A DNA stretch of 59,305 nucleotides, taken from the NCBI GenBank assembly GCA_964600295.1, contig CAZRIY010000004.1, forward strand, positions 1 through 59,305, read 5' to 3'. The notes under the pieces were generated by a model. That model worked only from the letters and a program-made list of their open reading frames with translations, was not told the origin of the DNA and did no database searches. The stretch is from an uncultured Candidatus Saccharibacteria bacterium. GTDB taxonomy: Bacteria > Patescibacteriota > Saccharimonadia > CAZHVB01. Position numbers and translations under genes: made by a program. This document shows positions 18,005-28,569 of this stretch, piece after piece; the first letter of the stretch is position 1, and every line of letters begins with the position of its first letter.

Positions 18005-18847
18005 ATGAATTACACACATTTTTTAAACGGCCAATGGGTTAAAAATAGTGATCTCAAAATCCCGGCGGCCGATTTAGCGGTCCTGCGAGGCTACGCCGTA
18101 TTTGACTATTTGCGTACCCATGGCCGCAAAACCCTAAGGCTTGAGGATAACCTTAATCGCTTTTTTGAATCAGCCAAACTTTTGGGATTAAAAGTCCCCT
18201 ATCCACGGCAACGGGTGGCTAGCATTATTAATGAAGGCATTGTCCACAACCCTACTGGTGAGCTGGGCATTCGCTTTGTATTAACGGGCGGGGCTGGCGT
18301 AGACAGCAAAACTCTTGGCCAACCAAATTTTTTTATCATCTATTCCGACCCAGCCTGGCCCACTCAGCAACAATTTAGACAGGGCGTAAAGGTAGTAACA
18401 CTGGCTTCCCCTCGGTATTTGGCCGCTGCCAAGCATACAGATTACGCCCTGGCTATCAAAGCTAATCAGGCCGCCGCAAAACATGGTGCGGTTGAGGCTG
18501 TTTATATAGACCCTCCCGGCTTTAAAAACCCCAAAATCTACGAAGCCACCAATTCAAACCTTTTCATAATTAAGCAAAACGGAGTAATTACCCCCAAAGA
18601 AGGTGTTTTACCTGGGGTTACTGCAAAGATCGTGCTAGATTTGGCCGCTGCCTTAAAAATCCCAATTAAACAGCAAGCTATTACACTTAAAGAAGCATTG
18701 AGCGCAGATGAGTCCTTTCTAACATCGGCTGTTAAGGGTATATTGCCGGTTGTCCAAATCGACGATAATACTATCGGCCATGGTCAACCCGGACCAGTTA
18801 CCCAGCAGCTCCTCCAAGCCTTTAACGCCCTCATTAAATCCTTATAG
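18005..18847 (+). CDS. class IV PLP aminotransferase (IlvE/D-amino-acid transaminase-like)
   Basis: LRGYAVFDYLRT, AKHTDY, EATNSNLF, LPGVT, ADESFLTS. Confidence 0.9.
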   Translation: MNYTHFLNGQWVKNSDLKIPAADLAVLRGYAVFDYLRTHGRKTLRLEDNLNRFFESAKLLGLKVPYPRQRVASIINEGIVHNPTGELGIRFVLTGGAGVDSKTLGQPNFFIIYSDPAWPTQQQFRQGVKVVTLASPRYLAAAKHTDYALAIKANQAAAKHGAVEAVYIDPPGFKNPKIYEATNSNLFIIKQNGVITPKEGVLPGVTAKIVLDLAAALKIPIKQQAITLKEALSADESFLTSAVKGILPVVQIDDNTIGHGQPGPVTQQLLQAFNALIKSL

Positions 18848-18873
18848 AAGTTTTACACGATCGTGTAAAACTT
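18848..18873. repeat. perfect 26-bp palindrome between convergent genes
   Basis: AAGTTTTACACGATCGTGTAAAACTT is its own reverse complement. Confidence 0.9.
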
Positions 18874-18888
18874 TCGCAATCTAGATGG

Positions 18889-19428
18889 TTATTTGATTTC
18901 GGCGGCTTCGAAGACGGAGTGGAATGGAATCATCACCTTCTCTAGCTTGGCGGCAGCTTGCCCCTGACTGCGGTCAACCATCACTAGGGCCGCTACCATC
19001 TTCATACCTTCTTCCAGTAGTAGCTGTATCGACTCGTATAGCGAGTTGCCAGTAGTGGTTACGTCGTCTACTACCAAAATGGTGTCGTTGCGCGTGACTG
19101 GGCCGACTATGCGCCCCAGCTCGGCGCCGTGGTCCTTACTGGCTTGGCGAATACTAAAGCCTTTGGTTCTAGTAGCAGCTGCTATGATCAGCGCTAGTGG
19201 GTCGGCCCCCATAGTCAAACCACCCACCGCGGTGAACTTTAGTTTGTGCTGGCTCAAAAACTGTTTTAGGCATAGTTGTAAAATGTCGATATTCTTGCCA
19301 TCAAGCAGCACCTGACTCATATCAAAATACTGGTTCGAGGTTTGCCCTGATGCCAGTTTGAATTTACCCTCTTTGTAGGCTTTGATTTTGATTAGTTTTA
19401 AGACTTCATTCCTGGGATTCATTGCCAC
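18889..19428 (-). CDS. pyrE: orotate phosphoribosyltransferase
   Basis: G.FKLASGQ.S..YFD, GGLTMGADP, KDHG, VVDDVTTTG PRPP motif. Confidence 0.92.
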   Translation of the reverse strand: MAMNPRNEVLKLIKIKAYKEGKFKLASGQTSNQYFDMSQVLLDGKNIDILQLCLKQFLSQHKLKFTAVGGLTMGADPLALIIAAATRTKGFSIRQASKDHGAELGRIVGPVTRNDTILVVDDVTTTGNSLYESIQLLLEEGMKMVAALVMVDRSQGQAAAKLEKVMIPFHSVFEAAEIK

Positions 19429-20212
19429 CAGCCGCCTTTATAAGATTGGCAAACAGCGCACAGACCGTTAGCGGCCCTACTCCACCAGGCACCGGAGACA
19501 CCCTGACTGTTTCTGATTGATAAAGTGCCGGGTCAACATCGCCAACAACTTTGCCACCTGCTTCGCTGGTGCCGGCATCGATAATTACAGCATCCTTCTT
19601 TATAACATTGGGTTTTATTAAGCCCGGTTGTCCGGTAGCGCTAATAATTACGTCGGCCGTCCGGATTTTTGTATCCAGGTCGTTAGTGTACTCATCTGCA
19701 GTTGTAAATTTTATGTGCGATCGCTCTAAAATTTTAGCAAGTGGCTTACCCACCAACCTACCTTGGCCAATCAGCAGTACGGATTTATTCTCCAGATCAA
19801 TTTTATGTTCTGCCATTAACCAGATGATTGCGGTCGGCGTCGACGGATCAAACGGGCTATTCGGCTTAAGCCCATCTACATCTTTGCTATCAGCGACCAT
19901 CTCAATAATTTTATCGGTATCCAACTGATCTGGCAGTGGCAGTTGGACAATAATACCTTGGACCGAAGCATCACTATTTAGATCATTAATGGTGACTGGC
20001 AGTTTGGTTGGATCGATATCATAGACATCGACTATCACTTCGACTTCGCCACCATAACGCTGTTTGGCACCGATGTAGGTACTACTAGCGGTATTTTGAT
20101 TAGCTTTAATAATGGCCAGCCTGGGTCTAATCCCCTGTTCAAGCAACCGTTTAACCGCCTGTTTTTGGCGCTGCTTGATTGACTCGGCGATCGAATTGCC
20201 AGATAACAACAT
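19406..20212 (-). CDS. folD: methylenetetrahydrofolate dehydrogenase/cyclohydrolase
   Basis: GIIVQLPLP, KDVDG, IDAG, SPVPGGVGPLTV. Confidence 0.95.
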   Translation of the reverse strand: MLLSGNSIAESIKQRQKQAVKRLLEQGIRPRLAIIKANQNTASSTYIGAKQRYGGEVEVIVDVYDIDPTKLPVTINDLNSDASVQGIIVQLPLPDQLDTDKIIEMVADSKDVDGLKPNSPFDPSTPTAIIWLMAEHKIDLENKSVLLIGQGRLVGKPLAKILERSHIKFTTADEYTNDLDTKIRTADVIISATGQPGLIKPNVIKKDAVIIDAGTSEAGGKVVGDVDPALYQSETVRVSPVPGGVGPLTVCALFANLIKAAGGNESQE

Positions 20213-20234
20213 CCGCTTTATATTAACAAATTAA

Positions 20235-21233
20235 CTATTTACTAAGGGTTTGTTTGCGAACTTGGGCTTCGAGTTCTTTGAAGATTTTGGCATTGTCTTT
20301 GAGAAATTGCTTGGCAGCTTCGCGGCCTTGGGCAATTTTTTGACCTTTATATTCGTACCAAGCACCACTCTTGTTGACCAGTTCAAATTTGACGGCGAGG
20401 TCGAGAAGGTCGCCAGATCGGGAAATGCCTTCGTTGTACATAATGTCGAATTCGGCGACTTTAAACGGCGGGGCTACCTTGTTTTTGACTACTTTGACCC
20501 GCACGTGGTTGCCCACCACTTCATCGCCATCCCGAATCTGCTCGGTACGGCGGATTTCTAGGCGGACCGAAGAATAATATTGCAACGCCTTGCCGCCAGT
20601 TGTGGTTTCAGGGTTACCGAACATTACGCCGATCTTCATCCGCAGCTGGTTGAGAAAAATTACCGCTGTTTTACTTTTACTAATAGAGCCGGTGAGTTTG
20701 CGCAAAGCTTGGCTCATCAAACGCGCCTGCAAGCCCATATGGGAATCTCCCATCTCGCCCTCTAACTCGGCCCGCGGAGTTAGCGCTGCCACAGAGTCGA
20801 TAACAATCACATCAAGTGCGTTGGAACGTACTAGGGTTTCGGTAATATCAAGGGCTTGCTCGCCGCTATCGGGCTGGGACAATAATAAATCTTCTAGCTT
20901 GACTCCAATTATTTTGGCATATTCGGGGTCCAGAGCGTGCTCAGCATCTACAAAAGCCGCCTGGCCACTGACCTTCTGAACCTCGGCAATTACATGCAGC
21001 GCCAGGGTGGTTTTACCACTAGCTTCAGGTCCGTAGATTTCGATCACCCGGCCCTTGGGAACACCACCACCCAGTGCTAAATCTAGCGATAGACTGCCGG
21101 TGGGCATGGTTTCAACGTCAATGTTGTGGGCTTCACCCAGCCGCATTATCGAACCTGTGCCAAACTGTTTCTCGATTTGGCTAACCGCCAGTTTGAGCGC
21201 TTGGAGACGATTTTTATTGGGTTGAGTAGGCAT
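20235..21233 (-). CDS. recA: recombinase A
   Basis: [39 protein letters not shown]. Confidence 0.99.
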   Translation of the reverse strand: MPTQPNKNRLQALKLAVSQIEKQFGTGSIMRLGEAHNIDVETMPTGSLSLDLALGGGVPKGRVIEIYGPEASGKTTLALHVIAEVQKVSGQAAFVDAEHALDPEYAKIIGVKLEDLLLSQPDSGEQALDITETLVRSNALDVIVIDSVAALTPRAELEGEMGDSHMGLQARLMSQALRKLTGSISKSKTAVIFLNQLRMKIGVMFGNPETTTGGKALQYYSSVRLEIRRTEQIRDGDEVVGNHVRVKVVKNKVAPPFKVAEFDIMYNEGISRSGDLLDLAVKFELVNKSGAWYEYKGQKIAQGREAAKQFLKDNAKIFKELEAQVRKQTLSK

Positions 21234-21432
21234 AAACTAACGTACTGCCTCCTGCTTATACCAGAATTGTAACATCACTATTGGTTTAAAGCTTAAGGGG
21301 TTTATATAACGGCTTTATCAACGTCCAAGGACGTAACCCTTTTTACAAAGGGTAAATCGGAGATATTCCGATAAAGCCGTTGAAAGCTGTAAAGACTTAA
21401 GAATTATCAATTTGCAGCTTATAATGGGCAGC

Positions 21433-23229
21433 ATGGATTTGCCCGACACCACGGTTCGTGAAGTTTTGACTGAGGCCAAAAAACTGGCACCCGAAAAACT
21501 CAACGAACTAACCAAACTGGCCGTCAAGGATCATAAGTCTCTCCAAGCACTGCTTTATGATCGCAAATTGATCAGCGAAAAAGAGCTGACCAAGCTATAC
21601 GGGCTAAATATCAAAGTTAAGTATGTTGATTTGGGCAATCTCAAGATCGATACCAAACTGCTGGCTAAAATTCCCGAGCACATCGCTCGGCGGTATCAAA
21701 CAGTGGTCTTTGCCGCCACCGCCGACCGAGTCAAACTGGCCATGACCGATCCCGAGGATGTCCAGGCAATCGACTACCTGAAGAAACTATTGGGTAAAAG
21801 CCAGGTCGAAATTTACATCGCCGCCAAAGCCGATATCCAGCACATTCTCGATCAATACAAGGGCGAGCTGGAGAGTGAAATTACCAAGGTCATCCCCGAG
21901 GATCAGGAAGTCAGCGAGGAAGTTAGCGCCGAGGAAGTTTCCGAAGATTCACCTGTAGCCAAGACAGCTAACCTATTGATTGAATATGCCATTAAGGCTG
22001 GGGCATCCGATATCCATATTGAGCCAAGAGAAGCCTTGGTCCAGGTACGTTACCGCATCGATGGTGTATTGCGGGAGGCCGAAACCCTACCACGCAAGCT
22101 GCTGGCCTCTCTGGTATCCCGGATTAAAATTATGGCCAATCTCAAAATTGATGAGCATCGCAAACCCCAAGACGGCCGCTTTAAGATTACCGGCAATGAT
22201 CGGATGGTGGCTATTCGAGTTTCGGTAATTCCGGTAATGGATGGCGAGAAGATCGTGATGCGGCTGCTGGATGAATCGAGTCGCGCGCTAACGTTGGAAG
22301 AGCTGGGCTTTAATAGTTCGGCCCTCGACCGCATGCAGCGGGCGATGAGCCAGCCCCACGGGTTGATTCTGGTGACCGGCCCTACCGGCAGTGGTAAATC
22401 AACTACCCTCTACAGCATCCTGTCGATGCTCAACACCCCCCAAGTCAATATTTCAACGGTTGAAGACCCGGTAGAATACCGCATTGCCGGGGTTAATCAA
22501 ACCCAAGTTAACCCAGTAGCCGGCATGACCTTTGCTTCTGGGCTCAGGGCTCTCTTGCGCCAGGATCCCAACATCATGATGGTGGGTGAGATTCGGGATA
22601 AAGAGACCGCCGATCTAGCCATTCAGGCGGCTTTAACCGGACACTTGGTGCTATCCACCCTGCATACCAATAACGCCGCGACTACCCTGCCCCGCTTGCT
22701 AGATATGGGCGCCGAACCATTTTTGATCGCCTCTACGGTGCGAGTGGCTGTTGGCCAGCGTTTGGTGCGCAAACTCTGTACCAATTGCCGGGTGGAATTT
22801 CGACCGACCGAACAGGAATTGTCCACGTTGCGCGGGCAATTTCAGCTGGATAAAGCCATCGAGCAGCTGCAGCAGGAAGCCAAATTATTGGCTGCTCACC
22901 AAGGAAGTGGAACCAAGGGCGCCAAGCCTGATGATCACCTGCTGGCTAGCCTGCAGCAATTGAAAAAAAGCGGCACCCCCACGCTGTGGCGGGCTGGACC
23001 TGGCTGCGAAGTTTGTAGTACCACTGGCTACAAGGGGCGCTTGGGCATCTACGAAGTCTTGGAAGTTACCGAAGAAATCTCCAAACTTATCGTCAGCAAT
23101 GCCGTTAGCGACCAGATTCAGACCAAGGCCATTGAGGAAGGTATGATTACTATGCAAAACGATGGTTTGATGAAAACCCTGGCCGGACTAACCACCATTG
23201 AAGAAATCCTACGAGTAACCCGCGAATAA
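21433..23229 (+). CDS. pilB: type IV pilus assembly ATPase PilB/GspE
   Basis: ASDIHIEP, GPTGSGKST, LRQDP..IMVGEIRD, Cys4 zinc site; start placed at ATG 21433 after TATAAT. Confidence 0.95.
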   Translation: MDLPDTTVREVLTEAKKLAPEKLNELTKLAVKDHKSLQALLYDRKLISEKELTKLYGLNIKVKYVDLGNLKIDTKLLAKIPEHIARRYQTVVFAATADRVKLAMTDPEDVQAIDYLKKLLGKSQVEIYIAAKADIQHILDQYKGELESEITKVIPEDQEVSEEVSAEEVSEDSPVAKTANLLIEYAIKAGASDIHIEPREALVQVRYRIDGVLREAETLPRKLLASLVSRIKIMANLKIDEHRKPQDGRFKITGNDRMVAIRVSVIPVMDGEKIVMRLLDESSRALTLEELGFNSSALDRMQRAMSQPHGLILVTGPTGSGKSTTLYSILSMLNTPQVNISTVEDPVEYRIAGVNQTQVNPVAGMTFASGLRALLRQDPNIMMVGEIRDKETADLAIQAALTGHLVLSTLHTNNAATTLPRLLDMGAEPFLIASTVRVAVGQRLVRKLCTNCRVEFRPTEQELSTLRGQFQLDKAIEQLQQEAKLLAAHQGSGTKGAKPDDHLLASLQQLKKSGTPTLWRAGPGCEVCSTTGYKGRLGIYEVLEVTEEISKLIVSNAVSDQIQTKAIEEGMITMQNDGLMKTLAGLTTIEEILRVTRE

Positions 23230-24446
23230 TGGCTGATTTCCAATACACCGCTAGAACCGCCGAAGACAGCTTGCAGAAGGGGGTAATTGTAGCCGGCGAC
23301 CGAGCGGCTGCCATTAAAGCCCTGGGCGAGCGCCGGCTGAGCCCAATTCTGGTCAAGGAAGCCAGCCGGGGCAAGGGGTTAGCACGAATCAAAATACCTT
23401 TTTTGAAACCGCGAGTTAAAGCCAGAGATTTGGTGATAATGACCAGACAGTTATCGACCATGATCAACGCCGGGGTACCAATTGCCAAATCCCTGCGGAC
23501 GCTTAGTGAACAAACCGAATCGGCGGCCCTCAAGACTGCTATGGGTGCAATTATCGCCAGAGTCGAAGATGGTGACCCGCTATCCGATGCTCTGAACCAA
23601 CACCCCAAGATTTTCTCTAGTGTCTACGTCAATATGGTCAGAGCCGGAGAAGCCGGAGGTATTTTGGACCAGATTCTGGACCGCTTGGCTTTCCAGGAGG
23701 AAAAGGATCACGACATCAAGGGTAAAGTTCGGGGAGCGATGATTTACCCGGCGGTCATCACCGCGGTAACTTTTGGTGCCTTCATCTTCCTGATGACGGG
23801 TATTGTGCCCAAACTACAAGACATCTTTGATGAGTTCGGCAGCAAATTACCCCTGCAAACCCGAGTCATGTTGGGTATTAGCCATTCCCTGCAAAAATAC
23901 GGTTGGCTAATGGCTTTAATTGGGATTGGGCTAGTTATTGTCTTGATGCGGCTAACCAAAACTAAAGTTGGACGTTGGCGCTGGCACAAACTACTTTTAA
24001 AGTTACCGATTTTTGGCAATATTATTCTCAAGGTTAACACGGCCCGCTTTGCCCGCACCTTTAGCTCGCTAACCAGCGCCGGGGTATCGGTTCTCGACGG
24101 CTTAACCGTTACGGCCCATGCCTTGCGCAACGTGATTATCCGCGATGGAGTCGAAAAAGCCGTAGTTAAGGTCAAAAATGGCCAGCCAATTTCCACCGCA
24201 CTGGCCGAAGCCCATATTTTCCCAGCTATGGTGCCGGAAATGACAGCTGTCGGTGAGGAGACCGGACAAGTCGATCAAGTGCTTGGCAAAGTAGCTGATT
24301 TTTATGAAAAAGAGGTTGACCGAGTGGTCGGTAGTATCACTTCAATCATCGAGCCGCTGCTGATTATTTTTCTGGGTGGTTTGGTGGGGCTAATCGTGGG
24401 TAGCGTATTCGGACCGATTTCCAACCTTAGTAACATTGTGGAATAG
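23229..24446 (+). CDS. pilC: type IV pilus platform protein PilC/GspF
   Basis: RQLSTMINAGVP, AGEAGG.LD, A.IYP, GEETG, IEP. Confidence 0.95.
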   Translation: MADFQYTARTAEDSLQKGVIVAGDRAAAIKALGERRLSPILVKEASRGKGLARIKIPFLKPRVKARDLVIMTRQLSTMINAGVPIAKSLRTLSEQTESAALKTAMGAIIARVEDGDPLSDALNQHPKIFSSVYVNMVRAGEAGGILDQILDRLAFQEEKDHDIKGKVRGAMIYPAVITAVTFGAFIFLMTGIVPKLQDIFDEFGSKLPLQTRVMLGISHSLQKYGWLMALIGIGLVIVLMRLTKTKVGRWRWHKLLLKLPIFGNIILKVNTARFARTFSSLTSAGVSVLDGLTVTAHALRNVIIRDGVEKAVVKVKNGQPISTALAEAHIFPAMVPEMTAVGEETGQVDQVLGKVADFYEKEVDRVVGSITSIIEPLLIIFLGGLVGLIVGSVFGPISNLSNIVE

Positions 24447-24461
24447 AGGCTGTTGCCAGGA

Positions 24462-24488
24462 TTGACAGCTAATCATAAGCGGTATAAT
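24462..24488 (+). promoter_or_regulatory. probable strong promoter of the major pilin
   Basis: TTGACA and TATAAT (short 15-bp spacer); AAGGAGGA RBS downstream. Confidence 0.55.
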
Positions 24489-24537
24489 CTGATAACTAAA
24501 CCAACCTAAATAATCCAATCAAGGAGGATACGAAGAC

Positions 24538-24939
24538 ATGAAAATACTAAGAAACAATCGTGGTTTTACGATTGTAGAGTTATTGGTGGTGATCGTGGTG
24601 ATTGCCATTCTAGTAGCCCTAACTCTGCCCAACCTATTTGGCTTGCAGCGCCGGGCTCGGGACGACGATCGTAAAAACGACCTCAAAAACATCCAGAGCT
24701 CGCTGGAAACCTACTACAGCGATAACAACGTCTATCCAGACGCCATGGCAGACTTGGTGCCAGACTACATGCAAGCGGTGCCCAACGATCCGCAGGGAGC
24801 CGGGTACACCTTCGCACCCGCGCCAGCCGGCTGCACCGACAACTGCACCAGCTGGAGTCTGACAGCGAATCTCGAGAACGACAACGACCCTCAAGCTGAC
24901 GGTAGTGGTAACTACGTAGTCAGTAGCGTCAATCAGTAA
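24538..24939 (+). CDS. pilA: major type IV pilin
   Basis: G|FTIVELLVVIVVIAIL class III signal; own promoter, RBS and terminator. Confidence 0.9.
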   Translation: MKILRNNRGFTIVELLVVIVVIAILVALTLPNLFGLQRRARDDDRKNDLKNIQSSLETYYSDNNVYPDAMADLVPDYMQAVPNDPQGAGYTFAPAPAGCTDNCTSWSLTANLENDNDPQADGSGNYVVSSVNQ

Positions 24940-24959
24940 ACTCGAATACGGGTCACAAC

Positions 24960-24993
24960 AAAAAGGTCGGTTGATCGGAAAGCCGACCTTTTT
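24960..24993 (+). terminator. intrinsic terminator after the pilin gene
   Basis: AAAAGGTCGGTT...AGCCGACCTTTTT. Confidence 0.85.
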
Positions 24994-25006
24994 AGATTAG
25001 GAAACT

Positions 25007-25417
25007 ATGAAATCACAGCACCCACCAACCCGACAGCAGGGATTTAGTCTAGTCGAAATCGCCGTCGGACTGGTGGTTGTCGGTATAATTATCATCTCGC
25101 TATCCAATGTTTTTGTTAGCATCGGGGTTATCCAGCGCCAAAGCGATCATCTGAGCCTGGCCTCCCGGATTGCTGAACAAAAGATTGAAAGCCTGCGCAA
25201 TAATCATTACAACAGCCTACCTTTAAGCCCGCCCGCCATCGATTTTACCAGCGAACTGCCCGATAGCTTGGCTAGCCCGCGCTTGGCCCAAGTTTACGTC
25301 AGCGAACCGGAAGCCGGCATGAAACGGCTAGAAGTGACCATTACCTACCGGGAGGGAGGACGTTCCAAAACCGTTCAGCTATCCGCTTTGATCGGCAATA
25401 TCGGGATTTCCCAATGA
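25007..25417 (+). CDS. minor pilin (PilV-like)
   Basis: G|FSLVE prepilin motif; AEQKIESLR. Confidence 0.85.
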   Translation: MKSQHPPTRQQGFSLVEIAVGLVVVGIIIISLSNVFVSIGVIQRQSDHLSLASRIAEQKIESLRNNHYNSLPLSPPAIDFTSELPDSLASPRLAQVYVSEPEAGMKRLEVTITYREGGRSKTVQLSALIGNIGISQ

Positions 25418-26082
25418 GGCAGCGTTACCAAGCTGGGCTAACCATAGTGGAGCTGGTGGTATCGGTAACGATTATAGCTACGCTGACGCTGCTAATTATG
25501 AACTTCTTGGTGGATAAATACGTGGAGAATACGCGGGCCAACGCCAAGGCTGACCTGCAGCTGCAGATGCAACTAACCCTGGATTTGATCAATCGCGACG
25601 TCAAATACTCGGCCAATGTTGATGATATCAACCGCTGGGAAGACAACTATGCCCCGGGGTCTCCAGCCGATAACTTTAGTTGGGTCAGCGACGCCGATAC
25701 TCTGGTATTGGCCCAACCGGTTCAGAATTCGGCCGGCGAGATTATTTATGACGACCCCCAAACCTACGTCAGTTATAAAGACAATTTAATTTATTACATC
25801 GGTGGTGACAACCGGCTGTACCGCCGGACCGTAGCGGCACCGGTTGGCGGTAACGCAGCCCAGACTACTTGCCCACCGCCAGGTTCTGGAGGCTGCCCGA
25901 CCGATTCGCGGCTAACCGAGAATGTCACTATCTTTAACTTAACTTACTACGATGCCAATGATAATCAGGTAGCACCCGATGAGGCTCGCTCGGTGCGGCT
26001 TAATCTAAAAGTTAGCAAAACGGTCTTTGGCCGCGACTTGCAGATCGAACAATCGATTCGGACGGTTTTTCGCAATGAGTAA
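25414..26082 (+). CDS. minor pilin (PilW/PulJ-like)
   Basis: G|LTIVEL prepilin motif, Cys pair. Confidence 0.85.
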   Translation: MRQRYQAGLTIVELVVSVTIIATLTLLIMNFLVDKYVENTRANAKADLQLQMQLTLDLINRDVKYSANVDDINRWEDNYAPGSPADNFSWVSDADTLVLAQPVQNSAGEIIYDDPQTYVSYKDNLIYYIGGDNRLYRRTVAAPVGGNAAQTTCPPPGSGGCPTDSRLTENVTIFNLTYYDANDNQVAPDEARSVRLNLKVSKTVFGRDLQIEQSIRTVFRNE

Positions 26083-27433
26083 ACTCAGCCCCAGACAATC
26101 TGGAGTGATCGTACCCACGATGATATTTATTATGATGCTGCTATCGATTTCGGTACTGGCGCTATCGACCTTTGCCATCAACCACTTCAGCCGCGTTAGC
26201 GACAATCTGACTGCCACCAGCGCTTTGCTGGTTGCCGAAGCCGGAGCCGAACAAACTCTTAATGAAATTAACCAAGATAATAATTTTGCGGGATATGCTT
26301 CCGAACAGACTTTTTTTGATAATTCGACGCAGGGGCGCGCTAGCTACCAGACAGTGGTGGCTGCCGGCAGTGTTAGCAACGAAAAGATCGTTACTTCTAC
26401 CGGGCGGGTTTACTTGCCCCAAAGCGATAGCTCACCCAGATTTACCCGCAAAGTCAGGCTGACGGTGGTCGGAACCACCCCGACTAGCTATTCGGTTATA
26501 ACCGGGCCGGGGGGATTGATCATGAGCAACAGTGCTACCATCGCCAATGGTGATGTTCACATCAATGGTTATCTAACCATGAGCAACTCTTCGCGCATTG
26601 GCAGCGCCACCAACCCAACTCGGGTCTGGGTGGCTCACATTAACTGTCCTGACGGTGGTGGAGCCACTTTCCCCAGCCAATGTACTAGTGGCCAACCGAT
26701 TACGCTCAACCATACCGCCCACATTTACGGCGAAGTGCGGGCCACCAACCAAACCAACGGTGCTGGTATGAGCCATCCGGGTCTGATCGCCGGTGGCACT
26801 GCCCCAGCCGTGGGGCTACCCGCTCATGATCGAGCAGCCCAGATTGTGTCGGCTACCAATATCATGACCGGCTCGGCTGCCAGTTGCAGCGGATCCCAGA
26901 CCCGCAACTATCCCGCCAACGTCCATATCACCGGCGCTGTCACTATCAGCAATAGCTGCCAAGTCACAGTCAACGGCGACGTCTGGATTGATGGCGCCTT
27001 TACTATCCGTAATTCATCCTCGATTCGCGTAGCCGCTGGCGTAACGGCTCAACCAACCGTGATGGTCGACGGAACTGCCGCTACCTTTAGCAATTCTTCT
27101 TCAATCCTGGCCAATTCGGCCAACATCGGCCTTCAATTTATTACCTATCGCAGCGCCGCGGCCTGTTCGCCCAACTGTTTGGATGTTACGGGCAACGATT
27201 TGTTCAACTCGCGTAATTTGAACACCGTTGATCTCAACAATTCCAGCCTGGGGGCCGGTTCGATCTTTTACGCCCGTTGGAGCAAAGTGACACTGGGTAA
27301 CAGTGGTAGCATTGGTGCCATCATCGGCCAAACCGTCCAGCTCAGCAATTCCGGCAACATTTCCTTTGGGTCTAATCTATCATCCGGTCAAAGCGTTTGG
27401 ACGATTAAAAATTACCGCCAAGTCTTCGATTAG
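26075..27433 (+). CDS. PilX-like minor pilin with large beta-solenoid/adhesin C-terminus
   Basis: G|VIVPT (no Glu5), A...AEAG, repeated xSNSxxI units; start at ATG 26075. Confidence 0.8.
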   Translation: MSKLSPRQSGVIVPTMIFIMMLLSISVLALSTFAINHFSRVSDNLTATSALLVAEAGAEQTLNEINQDNNFAGYASEQTFFDNSTQGRASYQTVVAAGSVSNEKIVTSTGRVYLPQSDSSPRFTRKVRLTVVGTTPTSYSVITGPGGLIMSNSATIANGDVHINGYLTMSNSSRIGSATNPTRVWVAHINCPDGGGATFPSQCTSGQPITLNHTAHIYGEVRATNQTNGAGMSHPGLIAGGTAPAVGLPAHDRAAQIVSATNIMTGSAASCSGSQTRNYPANVHITGAVTISNSCQVTVNGDVWIDGAFTIRNSSSIRVAAGVTAQPTVMVDGTAATFSNSSSILANSANIGLQFITYRSAAACSPNCLDVTGNDLFNSRNLNTVDLNNSSLGAGSIFYARWSKVTLGNSGSIGAIIGQTVQLSNSGNISFGSNLSSGQSVWTIKNYRQVFD

Positions 27434-27489
27434 TAGTGAGTCCGGCACCTCTCGGGTATACTACAAAAAGGTAACGCTTAGTTTAAAAA

Positions 27490-28569
27490 GTGCAAACACC
27501 GCTTATTTATCGTCCCAAATCAGTTTTTGGTCTCGATGTGGGACGCACCACCATCAAGATCGCCCAGGTTAAAGCGACCCACAGCGGAGTTGAGGTGACG
27601 GGTTACGCCTATGCTAAATTTGATCAATCGGCCACTCAAAACGGCGAGATCGTTAAGCCGGATCTGGTAATCAACACCATTCATGATCTGTTCAAACGCA
27701 ACTTGGTGGGTAAGATTTCCACCAGTCGGATTGTGGCTTCGGTACCGATTGCCCACATTTTTACCCGCGTGCTGCAGCTGCCAAAGCTGGCCGATAAGGA
27801 TTTAGCCGAAGCAGTTAGGTTGGAGGCCGAACAATACGTACCCGTCTCTAGCAAAGATTTGTATATTGACTATCATCAGCTACCCCAGTCAGCCGCCGCG
27901 GCGGCTGGCAGCAAGGAGCCGACGCATCCGGTGTTGATGGTGGCCGTGCCCAAGAAAATTGTAACTTCCTATTTGACCATCTTTGACCGGCTGGGGCTGG
28001 AGATCGAAGTCATTGAGCCCAATATGTTTGCTAATCTGCGGGTGATTGATTTTAGTACTCCCCTGCTGGGATCGAAATTGGTGATTGATTTCGGTGCCCG
28101 CTCCAGCGATCTGGCCATTTACGATACGGCCGTCAGGCTGACCAGTACTATTGATACTGGTGGCGACAACATTACCCAGACTATTGCCGCTACCCTCAAA
28201 CTCTCTAATCAAGAAGCCAATCAGCTCAAGATTCGCTATGGTATTGCCAAAAGCCGCTGGCAGGAACGGCTGGCTACCGCGCTTCAGCCAATTCTGAGCA
28301 ACTTTGCCACCGAGGTACAAAAAATGATGCGCTACTACCAACAACACAATCAGGGTACTAAGAATGTTGATCATATAGTTTTGGTGGGTGGTGGCGCCAA
28401 TATGCCAGGCTTGGCTGATTTTTTGTCTCATCTAACTGGAGTATCCGTTCAGATCTGCAACCCCTGGACTAAACTAAAAGTGAAACCGCTTCAACCGCCG
28501 CCCACCAGCGAAACCACTATTTACGCTACGGCTCTGGGGCTGGCATTAAAGGAAATTATCCGTGATTAA
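27490..28569 (+). CDS. pilM: type IV pilus assembly protein PilM
   Basis: GLDVG, EAEQYVP, IDFGA, LVGGGANMPGL, ALGLAL actin-like motifs. Confidence 0.92.
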   Translation: MQTPLIYRPKSVFGLDVGRTTIKIAQVKATHSGVEVTGYAYAKFDQSATQNGEIVKPDLVINTIHDLFKRNLVGKISTSRIVASVPIAHIFTRVLQLPKLADKDLAEAVRLEAEQYVPVSSKDLYIDYHQLPQSAAAAAGSKEPTHPVLMVAVPKKIVTSYLTIFDRLGLEIEVIEPNMFANLRVIDFSTPLLGSKLVIDFGARSSDLAIYDTAVRLTSTIDTGGDNITQTIAATLKLSNQEANQLKIRYGIAKSRWQERLATALQPILSNFATEVQKMMRYYQQHNQGTKNVDHIVLVGGGANMPGLADFLSHLTGVSVQICNPWTKLKVKPLQPPPTSETTIYATALGLALKEIIRD

